NCBI GenBank assembly: GCA_945948535.1
Contig: CAMFBN010000002.1
Span: forward strand, 240-64,239
Length of the DNA: 64,000 bases
Reading direction: 5' to 3'
From: an uncultured Clostridia bacterium
GTDB taxonomy: Bacteria; Bacillota; Clostridia; Oscillospirales; Oscillospiraceae
Shown one piece after another: positions 25,238 through 35,165 of the stretch. The notes under the pieces were generated by a model. It was not told where the DNA came from. It saw only the letters and a list, made by a program, of their open reading frames with translations, and ran no database searches. Position 1 is the stretch's first letter. Each line of letters begins with the position of its first letter. The translations under genes were made by a program, and so were the position numbers.

Positions 25238-26035
25238 TCAGGAAAGCAGCAGCTTGTCGTCGGCTTCGTCGGAGCCGGAGGCCTGGCTGAACAGGTTCAG
25301 CAGCTGCTCCACGGTCAGGTGCTTCTTTTCCTCGCCGGATACATCCACGACGATATGTCCATCGTACATCATGACCAATCGGTTGCCGTAGGCGATGGCG
25401 TCACGCATATTGTGGGTAATCATCATGGTGGTCAGGTGATCCTTCTCCACAATGCGCTGGGTGGCATCCAGCACCTTGGCGGCGGTCTTGGGGTCAAGAG
25501 CGGCAGTGTGCTCGTCCAGCAGAAGCAGCTTCGGCTTTTTGAGGGTCGCCATCAGCAGGGTCAGCGCTTGGCGCTGACCGCCGGACAGCAGGCCTACCTT
25601 GGTGGTCATCCGGTCCTCCAGACCAAGATCCAGCGTTTTCAGGAGCTCCCGGTAGGTCTCGTACTCGGCCTTGGGTACGCCCCACTTGAGGAACGAGCGG
25701 CGGCTGCCCCGCCGGGCTGCCAGCGCCAGATTTTCCACGATCTGCATATCGGCGGCGGTGCCGGTCATGGGGTCCTGGAACACACGGCCCAGCATGGAGG
25801 CACGCTGATGCTCGCACAGGCCGGAAATGTCCACACCGTCCACCAGAATCGCGCCGCTGTCCACGGGCCACACACCGGCTACCGCATTCATCATGGTGGA
25901 TTTGCCTGCACCGTTGCCGCCGATGACCGTGCAGAACTCGCCGTCCTTCAGAGTCAGGCTCAGGCCCTGAAGGGCCTTTTTTTCGTTAATAGTACCGGCG
26001 TTGAAGGTTTTGTAAATATTTTTGATTTCCAGCAT
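25238..26035 (-). CDS. ABC transporter ATP-binding protein
   Basis: GGNGAGKST, VFQDP, LSGGQRQAL, LLLDEH. Confidence 0.95.
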   Translation of the reverse strand: MLEIKNIYKTFNAGTINEKKALQGLSLTLKDGEFCTVIGGNGAGKSTMMNAVAGVWPVDSGAILVDGVDISGLCEHQRASMLGRVFQDPMTGTAADMQIVENLALAARRGSRRSFLKWGVPKAEYETYRELLKTLDLGLEDRMTTKVGLLSGGQRQALTLLMATLKKPKLLLLDEHTAALDPKTAAKVLDATQRIVEKDHLTTMMITHNMRDAIAYGNRLVMMYDGHIVVDVSGEEKKHLTVEQLLNLFSQASGSDEADDKLLLS

Positions 26036-26037
26036 AC

Positions 26038-27000
26038 TTACTTTCCCTCCTTCTCAAGTTTGGCGTTTTCCTTGGCGATGCGGCTGAAGGAATTCTTACT
26101 GGCACCCCGCAGGTAAGGAATGGCCAGGAAGATAGCCACCACCACGGCGGTCAGAAGCTTCATATCGTCCGCAGGGAACTTGAGCCACAGAACGAAGACA
26201 TAGACCACATAGTAGATCACACCGCCCAGAACCACGAACACCAGACGCATCATGAAATTCAGGTACTTGCCCAGAAAGGCCTCGCCCAGAACCTCGCCGA
26301 TGATCACGGCGGCCAGACCGATGACGATGGCGCCCCGGCCCATGTTGATGTCGGCAAAGCCCTGATACTGGCTGAGCACGCCGCCGGCCAGCGCAACGAG
26401 ACCGTTGCTCAGGGCCAAGCCGATGACCTTCATGCTGCCCGTGTTGATGCCCTGTGCCCGGGCCATGGCGCCGTTGATGCCAGTAGCCCGGAGAGCGGAG
26501 CCGTGTTCGGTGCCCAGATACAGATACAGCAAAACAACCAGCAAGAAGCATACGATGCCGGTCAGAAGAATGGTCCGGGGCAGGAACTTGGCATTGGAGG
26601 AAAACAGGAAATTTACCTTGTTAACATTCACTGCCTGGTTGGCTTTTCCCATGATATTCAGGTTGATGGAGTACAGGGAAATCTGGGTGAGAATACCCGC
26701 AAGAATGTCGGGAATCCCCAGCTTGGTGTGCAGAAAGCCGGTAATCAGGCCTGCCGCGACACCGGCAATAAAGGAAATGAGCAGGGCGAGCTGGGGATTC
26801 CAGCCAGCCAGCACCAGCATAATACACACGGCGCCGCCGGTGGCAAGGCTTCCGTCCACGGTCAGGTCGGCAAGGCCCAGCATCCGGTAGGTCATGTAGA
26901 CGCCCAGGGCCATAATACCCCAGATCAGTCCCTGAGCGATGCCGCCGGGACAGGCCCGCAGCAGTGCCGCGGGATTCAGCGAAGCAAAATAGGCAAACAT
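26038..27000 (-). CDS. ABC transporter permease (BPD_transp_2-like)
   Basis: QGLIWGIMALGVY...DLTVDGS...GAIVIGLAAVIIGE. Confidence 0.92.
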   Translation of the reverse strand: MFAYFASLNPAALLRACPGGIAQGLIWGIMALGVYMTYRMLGLADLTVDGSLATGGAVCIMLVLAGWNPQLALLISFIAGVAAGLITGFLHTKLGIPDILAGILTQISLYSINLNIMGKANQAVNVNKVNFLFSSNAKFLPRTILLTGIVCFLLVVLLYLYLGTEHGSALRATGINGAMARAQGINTGSMKVIGLALSNGLVALAGGVLSQYQGFADINMGRGAIVIGLAAVIIGEVLGEAFLGKYLNFMMRLVFVVLGGVIYYVVYVFVLWLKFPADDMKLLTAVVVAIFLAIPYLRGASKNSFSRIAKENAKLEKEGK

Positions 27001-27107
27001 GAAATTAACCCTCCGATTATCTGTCTTTTGCGTTTTCGGTTTCCATAGGAAAAAATCCCGGCAAAGGATTGGCATTGCCGGGATTTTATTTCCTAATGAT
27101 ATGTGTT

Positions 27108-28145
27108 TTACTCGGTGATGGCCTCGTAGCCCTCGGGCAGGGTGAAGCCAATGGCGGCAGCGTAGTCGGCATTGTACTTCTTCACCGGGTTCTGGGAGTA
27201 GCCAACGGGAATCTTGGAGATGTCCGCGCCGTTCACCAGAATGTCATAGGCCATCTCGCCGCAGGCGGTGCCGATGTCGTAGTAGCTGATGGAGACGGTA
27301 GCCAGACCGCCGCCGGAGCACATACCCTCTTCACCGCAGATCACGGGGATGCCGGCAGGCTCGCAGACACCGCTGACGATGGTCATGTTGGAAGCGGCAG
27401 TGTTGTCGGTGGGGATGTACAGAGCGTCCGCCCCATCCACGGCTGCATTGGTAACAGACTGGATATCGTTGGAATCGGAGAAGGTGAACACCTCGGTGGC
27501 CACGCCGATGGCATCCATGCAGGCGATGAACTGGTCAGCCTGCAGCACGGAGTTGGGCTCGGCGGAGCAGTACAGGATGGAGACCTTCTTGGCGTCGGGA
27601 ACCAGCTCCATGACGCAGTCCGCGTAGAGCTGAGCGGGAACGCCGTCGGAGGTGCCGGAGACATTCATACCCAGAGAGCCGTCAGCAGCAGCGTCAACAG
27701 CCAGAGCGGAGGCGAAGTCGGTGACGGAGGTGCCCAGAATGGGAATGGTGTCGGTGGCGGAAACCGCGGCCAGCAAAGCGGGGGTGGCGTTGGCCATAAT
27801 CAGGTCATACTGGTTGGAGACGAAGCCGGTGGTAATGACGGAGCAGGTAGCGGAGTCGCCCTGGGCGTTCTGCTCGTCGAAGACAACGCTGTCGCCCAGC
27901 TTGGCTACAAGGGCGTCCTTAAAGCCCTGCGTAGCGGCATCCAGAGCGGGATGCTGCACCAGCTGGCAGATACCGATGTTGTAGACCTTGGCGGGAGCGG
28001 CGGCCTCGGTGGCAGCGGGGGCTTCCGTTGCGGCAGGGGCCTCAGTGGCGGGGGCGGCGGTAGCGGCAGGGGCGGAGGAAGCGCCGCAGGCTGCCAGAGA
28101 CAGCACCATCAGCGCAGCCAGAAGAGCCGCGAGCATCTTTTTCAT
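27108..28145 (-). CDS. ABC substrate-binding lipoprotein (ABC_sub_bind type, putative aromatic amino acid)
   Basis: Lipobox LAAC; Ala/Pro/Thr/Glu linker; QLVQHPALDAATQGF; PTDNT. Confidence 0.9.
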   Translation of the reverse strand: MKKMLAALLAALMVLSLAACGASSAPAATAAPATEAPAATEAPAATEAAAPAKVYNIGICQLVQHPALDAATQGFKDALVAKLGDSVVFDEQNAQGDSATCSVITTGFVSNQYDLIMANATPALLAAVSATDTIPILGTSVTDFASALAVDAAADGSLGMNVSGTSDGVPAQLYADCVMELVPDAKKVSILYCSAEPNSVLQADQFIACMDAIGVATEVFTFSDSNDIQSVTNAAVDGADALYIPTDNTAASNMTIVSGVCEPAGIPVICGEEGMCSGGGLATVSISYYDIGTACGEMAYDILVNGADISKIPVGYSQNPVKKYNADYAAAIGFTLPEGYEAITE

Positions 28146-28317
28146 ACAAAATCTCTCCTTTTTCTATTTCCGGATACGCACACCTGTACGCACACGAAAT
28201 ACTGATGGCACACAATATATCACTTTTTGTCATGTGTGTCAATTCGTTTTTATGAATCTATCATAAGCATTTAAAAATTAAATACTGAGCCTGCAAGGAG
28301 GGGCGAAGCCCGCCTAT

Positions 28318-28430
28318 TCTTCTGAGTATATATCTATTTCTTTTTCTGTTTCTTCTTCTGTATCTGTATAGGGAGGGTATAGGGGGGCTACAAGTTGTAT
28401 TCTGCTGCATCCTCTTGCATCCGGCGTTTG
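28318..28430 (-). pseudogene. Possible relic of a phage replication-initiator linker
   Basis: Minus strand translates YPPYTDTEEETEKEIDIYSEE*; no start or full ORF. Confidence 0.3.
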
Positions 28431-28477
28431 CGGCTGGACACAGGCATATCCTGTAACGTTGTTGGACTTATCTGCTG

Positions 28478-28508
28478 CGTAGGGCGGGGTCATGACATAA
28501 GCCCTACG
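28478..28508. repeat. REP-like palindrome
   Basis: CGTAGGGC...GCCCTACG. Confidence 0.5.
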
Positions 28509-28544
28509 AAAATAGCCATTTGATGAGAAAATCTATATTTCCTA

Positions 28545-28590
28545 TTGACAACGCTGTATGAATGTGTTATTGTACTAATGCACTAATACA
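28545..28590 (+). promoter_or_regulatory. Promoter and GntR/YtrA-type operator
   Basis: TTGACA-17-TATTGT overlapped by the IR TGTACTA-N6-TAATACA. Confidence 0.7.
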
Positions 28591-28610
28591 GTAGCGCAGA
28601 GGAGGTGCCT

Positions 28611-28985
28611 ATGAACTGGAAATTTTCAGGGGATCGCCCGGTGTACCAGCAAATCATGGAGAACATCCGAGGCGCGGTACTGCGGGGGGAGCTGCCCCCG
28701 GGAGGAAAGATCCCTTCCGTCCGGGATCTTGCCGCGGCGGCCCAGGTCAATCCCAATACGATGCAGCGGGCAATGACGGAGCTGGAGCGGGAGGGCCTGC
28801 TGGTGGGCGGCGGCACCAGCGGCCGCACCGTCACGGAGAATCCGGAGGTTTTGGAGGAAATGAAAGAGCGGATTTTGGAGGAACTGGCGCGGGAATGTGC
28901 CGAAAAATTCATGGTATTCGGCATTACCCCATCTCAGGCGGCGCGGCTGCTGCTTGAATTGGACAAAGAGAAGGAGGAATCGTAA
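28611..28985 (+). CDS. GntR (YtrA subfamily) regulator
   Basis: PVYQQI...IPSVRDLA...VNPNTMQRAMTELEREG. Confidence 0.93.
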   Translation: MNWKFSGDRPVYQQIMENIRGAVLRGELPPGGKIPSVRDLAAAAQVNPNTMQRAMTELEREGLLVGGGTSGRTVTENPEVLEEMKERILEELARECAEKFMVFGITPSQAARLLLELDKEKEES

Positions 28986-29696
28986 ATGGAAGAAGTGTTG
29001 AAAGCCACGGGCCTGACCAAGCGCTACCACGGAAATCCGGCGCTGGACGGCCTGAATCTGGAGCTGCCGGCGGGCAAAATCATCGGCCTGCTTGGCCCCA
29101 ACGGAAGCGGCAAGACCACCTTTATCAAAATCGCGGCGGGGCTGCTGACCCCCACCGCCGGGGAAGTCACCATCTGCGGCGAGAAAATCGGCCCCAAAAG
29201 TAAGGCCTTGGTGTCCTACCTGCCGGACAGAACTTGTTTCAGCAAACAGAGAAAAGTCACGGAGCTGCTGGACTTCTTTGGCGACTTCTACACCGATTTT
29301 GACCGTCAGCGGGCAGAGCAGATGCTCACCGCTCTGGGCATCGACCCGGACGCCCGGTTTCGCACCCTGTCCAAGGGTACGCAGGAAAAGGTGCAGCTGG
29401 TGCTGACCATGTCCCGCCGGGCGCGGCTGTATCTGCTGGACGAGCCTATCGGCGGTGTGGACCCCGCTGCCCGGGACTACATATTAAATACCATTATCAA
29501 TAACTACGACCCCAGCGCCACGGTGCTGATCTCCACCCACCTGATTTCCGATGTGGAGCGGGTGCTGGATGAATTCCTGTTCCTGTATCAGGGCAAAGTG
29601 ATTCAGAAGGGAGAAGCCGATGCCGTCCGGGAGGAGACCGGAAAATCGCTGGATGAACTGTTCCGGGAGGTGTTCAAATGTTTACCAAACTGTTAA
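28986..29696 (+). CDS. ABC-2-type exporter ATP-binding protein
   Basis: GPNGSGKTT, LSKG, YLLDEPIGGVD. Confidence 0.94.
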   Translation: MEEVLKATGLTKRYHGNPALDGLNLELPAGKIIGLLGPNGSGKTTFIKIAAGLLTPTAGEVTICGEKIGPKSKALVSYLPDRTCFSKQRKVTELLDFFGDFYTDFDRQRAEQMLTALGIDPDARFRTLSKGTQEKVQLVLTMSRRARLYLLDEPIGGVDPAARDYILNTIINNYDPSATVLISTHLISDVERVLDEFLFLYQGKVIQKGEADAVREETGKSLDELFREVFKCLPNC

Positions 29697-30469
29697 AGCA
29701 TGAGTGGCGGGCCACCCGGGGGATGCTGGGAACCCTGTGCCTTGTCTGCCTGGGGGCCGGCCTGCTGGGCGGCGGCACCATGCGCTATCTGATGATCGCC
29801 GCCCAGCAAAGTGCGATTGATATTTTAATTGTTCTTGCCATGGTGGCGGCTATGATTGCCGTGGGGGTGGCGGCACTGCTGCTGTACATCGGCAGGTTTT
29901 ACAAGAGCCGATTCACCGATGAGGGCTACCTGACCTTCACCCTGCCGGTGAATACCCATCAGAATTTGCTGGCCAGCATGGCAAACTCCGCCATCGGCAT
30001 GGTCATCATATTCTTCGTCATCTGCGCCGCGCTGATGCTGTGGCTGATGATCGGTCTGCCGGGCATGGGGGACTTTATAAAGATGGTCTGGGAGAAGTTC
30101 CCCGAGCTGTGGGATAGCCTCAAGCGGGTCTGGTCGACGATTCCCTGGAAGTTTGTCTGGATGTTCCTTCTGAATGTCCTGACCGGCTGTGTGTGCGAAC
30201 TGGTGCTGCTGATGCTGTCCGTGACCATCGGCTCCATCATTGCGAAAAAGCACAAAATTCTGGCAGCCGTGGGCGTATACTACGGCATCCATGTGGCACT
30301 GTCCATGGTGACCAGCTTCACCATGGTCATGGGCGTCTTCTCCGGCGCCGACGAGAAAGTGTGGATGCTGCGCTACTTCAGTGGCATGGCGTTGTTGATG
30401 GCTGCGGTTTCCGTTGCCGGCTACTTCCTCATGTACGCTCTGGTGGACAGAAAGCTGAATCTGAACTGA
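29678..30469 (+). CDS. ABC exporter permease
   Basis: MFTKLLKHEW; FTDEGYLTFTLPV; about 6 TM segments. Confidence 0.88.
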   Translation: MFTKLLKHEWRATRGMLGTLCLVCLGAGLLGGGTMRYLMIAAQQSAIDILIVLAMVAAMIAVGVAALLLYIGRFYKSRFTDEGYLTFTLPVNTHQNLLASMANSAIGMVIIFFVICAALMLWLMIGLPGMGDFIKMVWEKFPELWDSLKRVWSTIPWKFVWMFLLNVLTGCVCELVLLMLSVTIGSIIAKKHKILAAVGVYYGIHVALSMVTSFTMVMGVFSGADEKVWMLRYFSGMALLMAAVSVAGYFLMYALVDRKLNLN

Positions 30470-30683
30470 CCGGCACATGGCTCCCCTTTCAGGGGGGCCA
30501 CAATCCGCTCCGCCTTCTCTGGCGGGGCGGTTTTTCTTTGGGAAAATGCCCACGAAATCAATAAAACTCTATCGATTTTTCGGACAGTTTTTCATATTGT
30601 ATTATGAAGGAAGAAATGGTACTATTTAATGTACACAATTGTCTTTGGAACGCGGACGAACACAAGACGTTAGGAGAGAGACT

Positions 30684-31883
30684 ATGAAGTATATCGTAGT
30701 ATTGGGCGACGGAATGTCGGATGAACCCATCGAGGCTCTCGGCGGAAAGACTCCGCTGGAATACGCCAGCACCCCCGCCATGGACGCGCTGGCCTGCGGC
30801 GGGCAGATGGGCATGGTGCAGAACGTGCCGGAGGGAATGCACCCGGGCAGCGAGGTTGCCAACCTGTCCGTCATGGGCTATGACCCGAAGACGGACTTTA
30901 CCGGACGATCTCCCCTGGAAGCCCTCAGCGTGGGCGTGAAGATGGAGCCGGATGACATTATTTTCCGCTGCAACGTGGTGACTCTGACGGAAAAGGAACC
31001 TTACCCGGAAAAGACCATCCTTGACCACAGCTCCGGCGAGATTTCCACGGAGGAAGCTGACAAGCTGATGGACGCCATCCGGGAACAGTTTAATAATGAG
31101 GAATTTCAGTTCTACACCGGCACCAGCTACCGCCACATCATGGTATGGAAGCACGGCCGTCTTGCAAAACTGGAGCCGCCCCACGACCACCTGACTCAGG
31201 TCATCGGCCCCTACCTTCCGGAGGAGCTGGTGCTGCGCAGCTTCATGGAGCGCAGCTTCGACATTCTCAACAACCATCCCGTGAACCTCAGACGGGCAGC
31301 AGAGGGCAAGAACAAGGCCAACTCCCTGTGGTACTGGGGCGCGGGCACGAAACCCAGCCTTGGCAGCTTTACGGAGAAAACCGGCCTGAAGGGCGCCATG
31401 ATCTCCGCCGTTGACCTGCTCAAGGGCATCGCCGTGGGCGCGGGCATGAAAATCTGCCATGTAGAGGGCGCCACCGGGTCTCTGGACACCAACTGGGAGG
31501 GCAAGGCCCAGGCCGCCATCGACGCGCTGCTAAAAGACGGCTGCGACTTCGCCTACATCCACGTGGAGGCCCCCGACGAAATGGGCCATCAGGGTCTTGT
31601 GAAGGAAAAGGTGCAGTCCATTGAGTATCTGGACACCCGGGTCATCGGCCCCATCATGCAGGCCATGGAGGAAGCGGGGGAGGACTACCGGATGCTGGTG
31701 CTGCCGGATCATCCCACCCCTATCCGCATCCGCACCCACAGCTCTGACCCGGTGCCCTATGTGCTCTATGACAGCACCCGGCAGACGAAGAAGAAAGCCC
31801 GCTACACCGAAGCGGAAGCCAAAGCCACCGGCACCTTTGTGCCCCACGGCTACGTACTTCTGAAGCAGCTGCTTCAGGAATGA
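30684..31883 (+). CDS. apgM: Cofactor-independent phosphoglycerate mutase family (ApgM-like)
   Basis: GDGMSD, PGSEVANLS, HVEAPDEMGH, LPDHPTP. Confidence 0.88.
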   Translation: MKYIVVLGDGMSDEPIEALGGKTPLEYASTPAMDALACGGQMGMVQNVPEGMHPGSEVANLSVMGYDPKTDFTGRSPLEALSVGVKMEPDDIIFRCNVVTLTEKEPYPEKTILDHSSGEISTEEADKLMDAIREQFNNEEFQFYTGTSYRHIMVWKHGRLAKLEPPHDHLTQVIGPYLPEELVLRSFMERSFDILNNHPVNLRRAAEGKNKANSLWYWGAGTKPSLGSFTEKTGLKGAMISAVDLLKGIAVGAGMKICHVEGATGSLDTNWEGKAQAAIDALLKDGCDFAYIHVEAPDEMGHQGLVKEKVQSIEYLDTRVIGPIMQAMEEAGEDYRMLVLPDHPTPIRIRTHSSDPVPYVLYDSTRQTKKKARYTEAEAKATGTFVPHGYVLLKQLLQE

Positions 31884-32000
31884 ATGCAAAATGCAGAATG
31901 ATGAATGCAAAAGGAAGGTATTTCCTTCGGAAATGGTTATAAATTGTCCGCGAAGCGGACACCTCAATTCTGCATTTTGCATTTTGCATTCTGCATTCCC
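31880..32000 (-). repeat. Heptamer-arm element, short type
   Basis: (AATGCAR)n arm, hairpins 31920-31934 and 31946-31960, (TGCATT)n inverted arm. Confidence 0.85.
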
Positions 32001-32023
32001 ATTGAATTTTGGAGGTAAGAATT

Positions 32024-33103
32024 GTGAATCGCGTTTATAACTTTTCCGCCGGCCCGGCGGTGCTGCCGGAGAGCGTTTTGAAAGAGGCCGCTGAGGAAAT
32101 GCTGGACTACCGGGGAACCGGTATGTCCGTCATGGAAATGAGCCACCGCTCCAAGGCCTACCAGACCATCATCGATGAGGCGGAGGCCGATCTGCGCACC
32201 CTGATGGGGATTCCCGACAACTACAAGGTGCTGTTTATGCAGGGCGGCGCTTCCCAGCAGTTCGCCATGATTCCCATGAACCTGATGAAGAACAAGGTTG
32301 CCGACTATATCATCACCGGTCAGTGGGCCAAGAAGGCTTATCAGGAGGCCCAGATGTACGGGCAGGCCAATGCTGTGGCGTCCTCCGCCGACAAGACCTT
32401 CTCCTATATTCCCGACTGCTCTGACCTGCCCATCAGCGAGAACGCGGATTATGTCTATATCTGCGAGAACAACACAATTTATGGCACCAAGTTCTGGAAC
32501 CTGCCCAATACCAAGGGTAAGGATTTGGTGGCGGATGTTTCCAGCTGCTTCCTCAGTGAGCCGGTGGACGTAACCAAGTACGGTATGCTCTACGGCGGCG
32601 CGCAGAAGAATGTAGGCCCTGCCGGTGTGGTGATCGCCATTATCCGGGAAGACCTGATTACGGAAGATGTGCTCCCCGGCACCCCCACCATGCTGCGCTA
32701 CAAGACCCACGCCGACCACGGCTCCATGTACAATACGCCCCCTGCCTACGGCATCTACATCTGCGGCAAGGTGTTCAAGTGGCTGCTGCGTAACGGCGGA
32801 TTGGAGGAAATGAAGGCTTATAACGAAAAGAAAGCCGCCATTCTCTACGATTATCTGGACAGTAGCAAATTGTTCCACGGCACCGTGGTGAAGAAGGATC
32901 GCTCCCTGATGAACGTGCCCTTCGTCACCGGGGACGCAGATATGGACGCGAAATTTGTGGGGGCCGCAACGGAAGCCGGCTTTGTGAACCTGAAGGGCCA
33001 CCGCACCGTGGGTGGAATGCGGGCCAGTATCTACAATGCCATGCCCATGGAGGGCGTGGAAAAGCTGGTGGCCTTCATGGAGCACTACGAAAAAACGGTA
33101 TAA
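32024..33103 (+). CDS. serC: Phosphoserine aminotransferase
   Basis: NFSAGPAVLP, MEMSHRS, GAQKNVGPAGV, GHRTVGGMRAS. Confidence 0.97.
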   Translation: MNRVYNFSAGPAVLPESVLKEAAEEMLDYRGTGMSVMEMSHRSKAYQTIIDEAEADLRTLMGIPDNYKVLFMQGGASQQFAMIPMNLMKNKVADYIITGQWAKKAYQEAQMYGQANAVASSADKTFSYIPDCSDLPISENADYVYICENNTIYGTKFWNLPNTKGKDLVADVSSCFLSEPVDVTKYGMLYGGAQKNVGPAGVVIAIIREDLITEDVLPGTPTMLRYKTHADHGSMYNTPPAYGIYICGKVFKWLLRNGGLEEMKAYNEKKAAILYDYLDSSKLFHGTVVKKDRSLMNVPFVTGDADMDAKFVGAATEAGFVNLKGHRTVGGMRASIYNAMPMEGVEKLVAFMEHYEKTV

Positions 33104-33116
33104 GGAAGGAAAGAAA

Positions 33117-34280
33117 ATGTTCCAGATTCATTATTTGAATAAGATTTCCCAGCAGGGCACCGCCCTGTGGACGGAGGATTTTGCCCTGACCGACGACATG
33201 GAGAAGGCTGACGGCATCGTTCTGCGCAGCGCCAATATGCACGACATGGTGCTGCCGGAGAACCTGCTGGCGGTGGCTCGGGCAGGCGCAGGTGTCAACA
33301 ACATCCCCCTGACCAGCTGTGCCGACAAGGGCATCGTGGTGTTCAACACCCCCGGCGCCAACGCCAGAAGCGTCATGGAGCTGACCCTGTGCGGAATGCT
33401 GCTGGGCAGCCGGGACGTCATCGGCGGCGTCAACTGGGTGCAGTCCATCAAGGATGACCCCGACATTGCCAAGAAGGTGGAAAAGGGTAAGTCCCGGTTT
33501 GCCGGTCATGAGATTGCCGGAAAAAAGCTGGGTATCATCGGTCTGGGCAACATCGGCGGCCCCCTTGCCAACCGGGCAAGAAAACTGGGCATGGAGGTCT
33601 ACGGCTGTGACCCCCACATCTCCGTGGAAGCGGCCTGGAATCTGGACGGTCATGTCCAGCGGGTCAAGACCCCCGAGGAAATCTACGCCCTGTGCGACAT
33701 CATCGCCGTCCATGTGCCCCTTCTCAAGGACACCGAGAAGATGATCAACGCCTCCGCTCTGGCGAAGATGAAGGACGGCGTGATTATTTTGAACTTTGCC
33801 CGGGACCTGCTGGTGGACGATGATGCCATGGCGGACGCGCTGAGCAGCGGCAAGGTTGCCCGGTATGTCACCGACTTCCCCAATCCCAAGACCGCCAATA
33901 TGCCCGGCTGTATTGCCATTCCCCATCTGGGTGCCTCCACCGAGGAGTCCGAGGACAACTGCGCCCGGATGGCCGTCCGGGAAATGATGGACTATCTGGA
34001 AAACGGCAACATCGTGAATTCCGTGAACTACCCCAACTGCGACATGGGCGTGTGCCAGAGCGAGGGCCGTATCACCATCCTGCACCACAACATTCCCGGC
34101 TCTCTGGGCCGGTTCACCGCCGCCATCGCCAGCGAGAACGTGAACATCGCGGGCCTGATGAACAAGAGCCGGGGCGAGTACGCCTACACCATGCTGGACC
34201 TTGACCACCACCCCTCCGCCGAAGCGGTGGAGCACCTGAAGGGAATCGAGGGTGTCGTTCGGGTTCGGGTAATCCGGTAA
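33117..34280 (+). CDS. serA: D-3-phosphoglycerate dehydrogenase
   Basis: ARAGAGVNN, GLGNIG, NFAR, PHLGAST, C-terminal ACT. Confidence 0.93.
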   Translation: MFQIHYLNKISQQGTALWTEDFALTDDMEKADGIVLRSANMHDMVLPENLLAVARAGAGVNNIPLTSCADKGIVVFNTPGANARSVMELTLCGMLLGSRDVIGGVNWVQSIKDDPDIAKKVEKGKSRFAGHEIAGKKLGIIGLGNIGGPLANRARKLGMEVYGCDPHISVEAAWNLDGHVQRVKTPEEIYALCDIIAVHVPLLKDTEKMINASALAKMKDGVIILNFARDLLVDDDAMADALSSGKVARYVTDFPNPKTANMPGCIAIPHLGASTEESEDNCARMAVREMMDYLENGNIVNSVNYPNCDMGVCQSEGRITILHHNIPGSLGRFTAAIASENVNIAGLMNKSRGEYAYTMLDLDHHPSAEAVEHLKGIEGVVRVRVIR

Positions 34281-34394
34281 AGCATCAGCAATCACGTCTT
34301 CCCTCCGGGAGGGCGTGAAACTTTATATCACCACTTTATTTTACAGGCGGTTGATGGTATAATGATTCCAGTTTCAAGGCGCGGAGGAATGCCT

Positions 34395-35165
34395 ATGCGT
34401 ATCGTTGTAAAAATCGGAACATCCACATTGGCCTACGCCACCGGGCAGCTGAATATCCGGCGGGTGGAGGCCCTGTGCAAGACCATGAGTGATATCCGCA
34501 ACGCCGGGCACGAGCTGATTCTGGTTTCCTCCGGCGCCATCGGCATGGGGGTGGGCAAGCTGGGTTTGCGAAACCGGCCGCAGGATATCCCCACCAAGCA
34601 GGCAGCGGCGGCAGTGGGCCAGTGTGAGCTGATGTACATTTACGACAAGCTGTTCAGCGAGTACCATCATACCGTTGCCCAGCTGCTGATTACGGCGGAC
34701 AATCTGACCCATGAGATACGCCACGCCAATTTCACCAACACCCTGACCCGGCTTCTGGAGCTGGGCGTGGTGCCTGTCATCAACGAAAACGACACCGTGG
34801 CTACGGAGGAAATCGTCATCGGCGACAATGACACCCTTGCGGCGGAGGTGGCCCGGAGCGTGGGGGCGCAGCTGCTGATTTTGCTGTCGGATATTGACGG
34901 TCTGTACACCGCCGACCCCCACACTGACCCCAACGCCAAGCTGCTCCCGGTGGTAAACCGGATAGACGAGGATATCAAAAAACTGGCGGGCGTCAGCAGC
35001 ACCACGCAGGGCACCGGCGGCATGGTGACCAAGCTTCGGGCGGCGGAAATCTGCCTGGACTGCGGCTGTGAAATGGTGATTGCCAACGGGAACAACCCCG
35101 CTGCCCTCTATGACATCGTAGAAGGGCTGCCGGTGGGCACCAGATTTGTGGGGGAAAAGACATGA
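34395..35165 (+). CDS. proB: Glutamate 5-kinase (no PUA domain)
   Basis: [34 protein letters not shown]. Confidence 0.96.
   Translation: MRIVVKIGTSTLAYATGQLNIRRVEALCKTMSDIRNAGHELILVSSGAIGMGVGKLGLRNRPQDIPTKQAAAAVGQCELMYIYDKLFSEYHHTVAQLLITADNLTHEIRHANFTNTLTRLLELGVVPVINENDTVATEEIVIGDNDTLAAEVARSVGAQLLILLSDIDGLYTADPHTDPNAKLLPVVNRIDEDIKKLAGVSSTTQGTGGMVTKLRAAEICLDCGCEMVIANGNNPAALYDIVEGLPVGTRFVGEKT

Noticed and set aside
27985-28085. Tandem DNA repeats encoding APAATE in the SBP
   Set aside because: Common flexible lipoprotein linker; no sign of a phase-variable tract.
28150-28290. T-box leader upstream of the putative amino-acid ABC transporter
   Set aside because: No T-box consensus (AAGGTGGTACC-like) or specifier stem found on the minus strand.
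34395-35165. ProB lacking the PUA domain
   Set aside because: A well-known short form of glutamate 5-kinase; not unusual.
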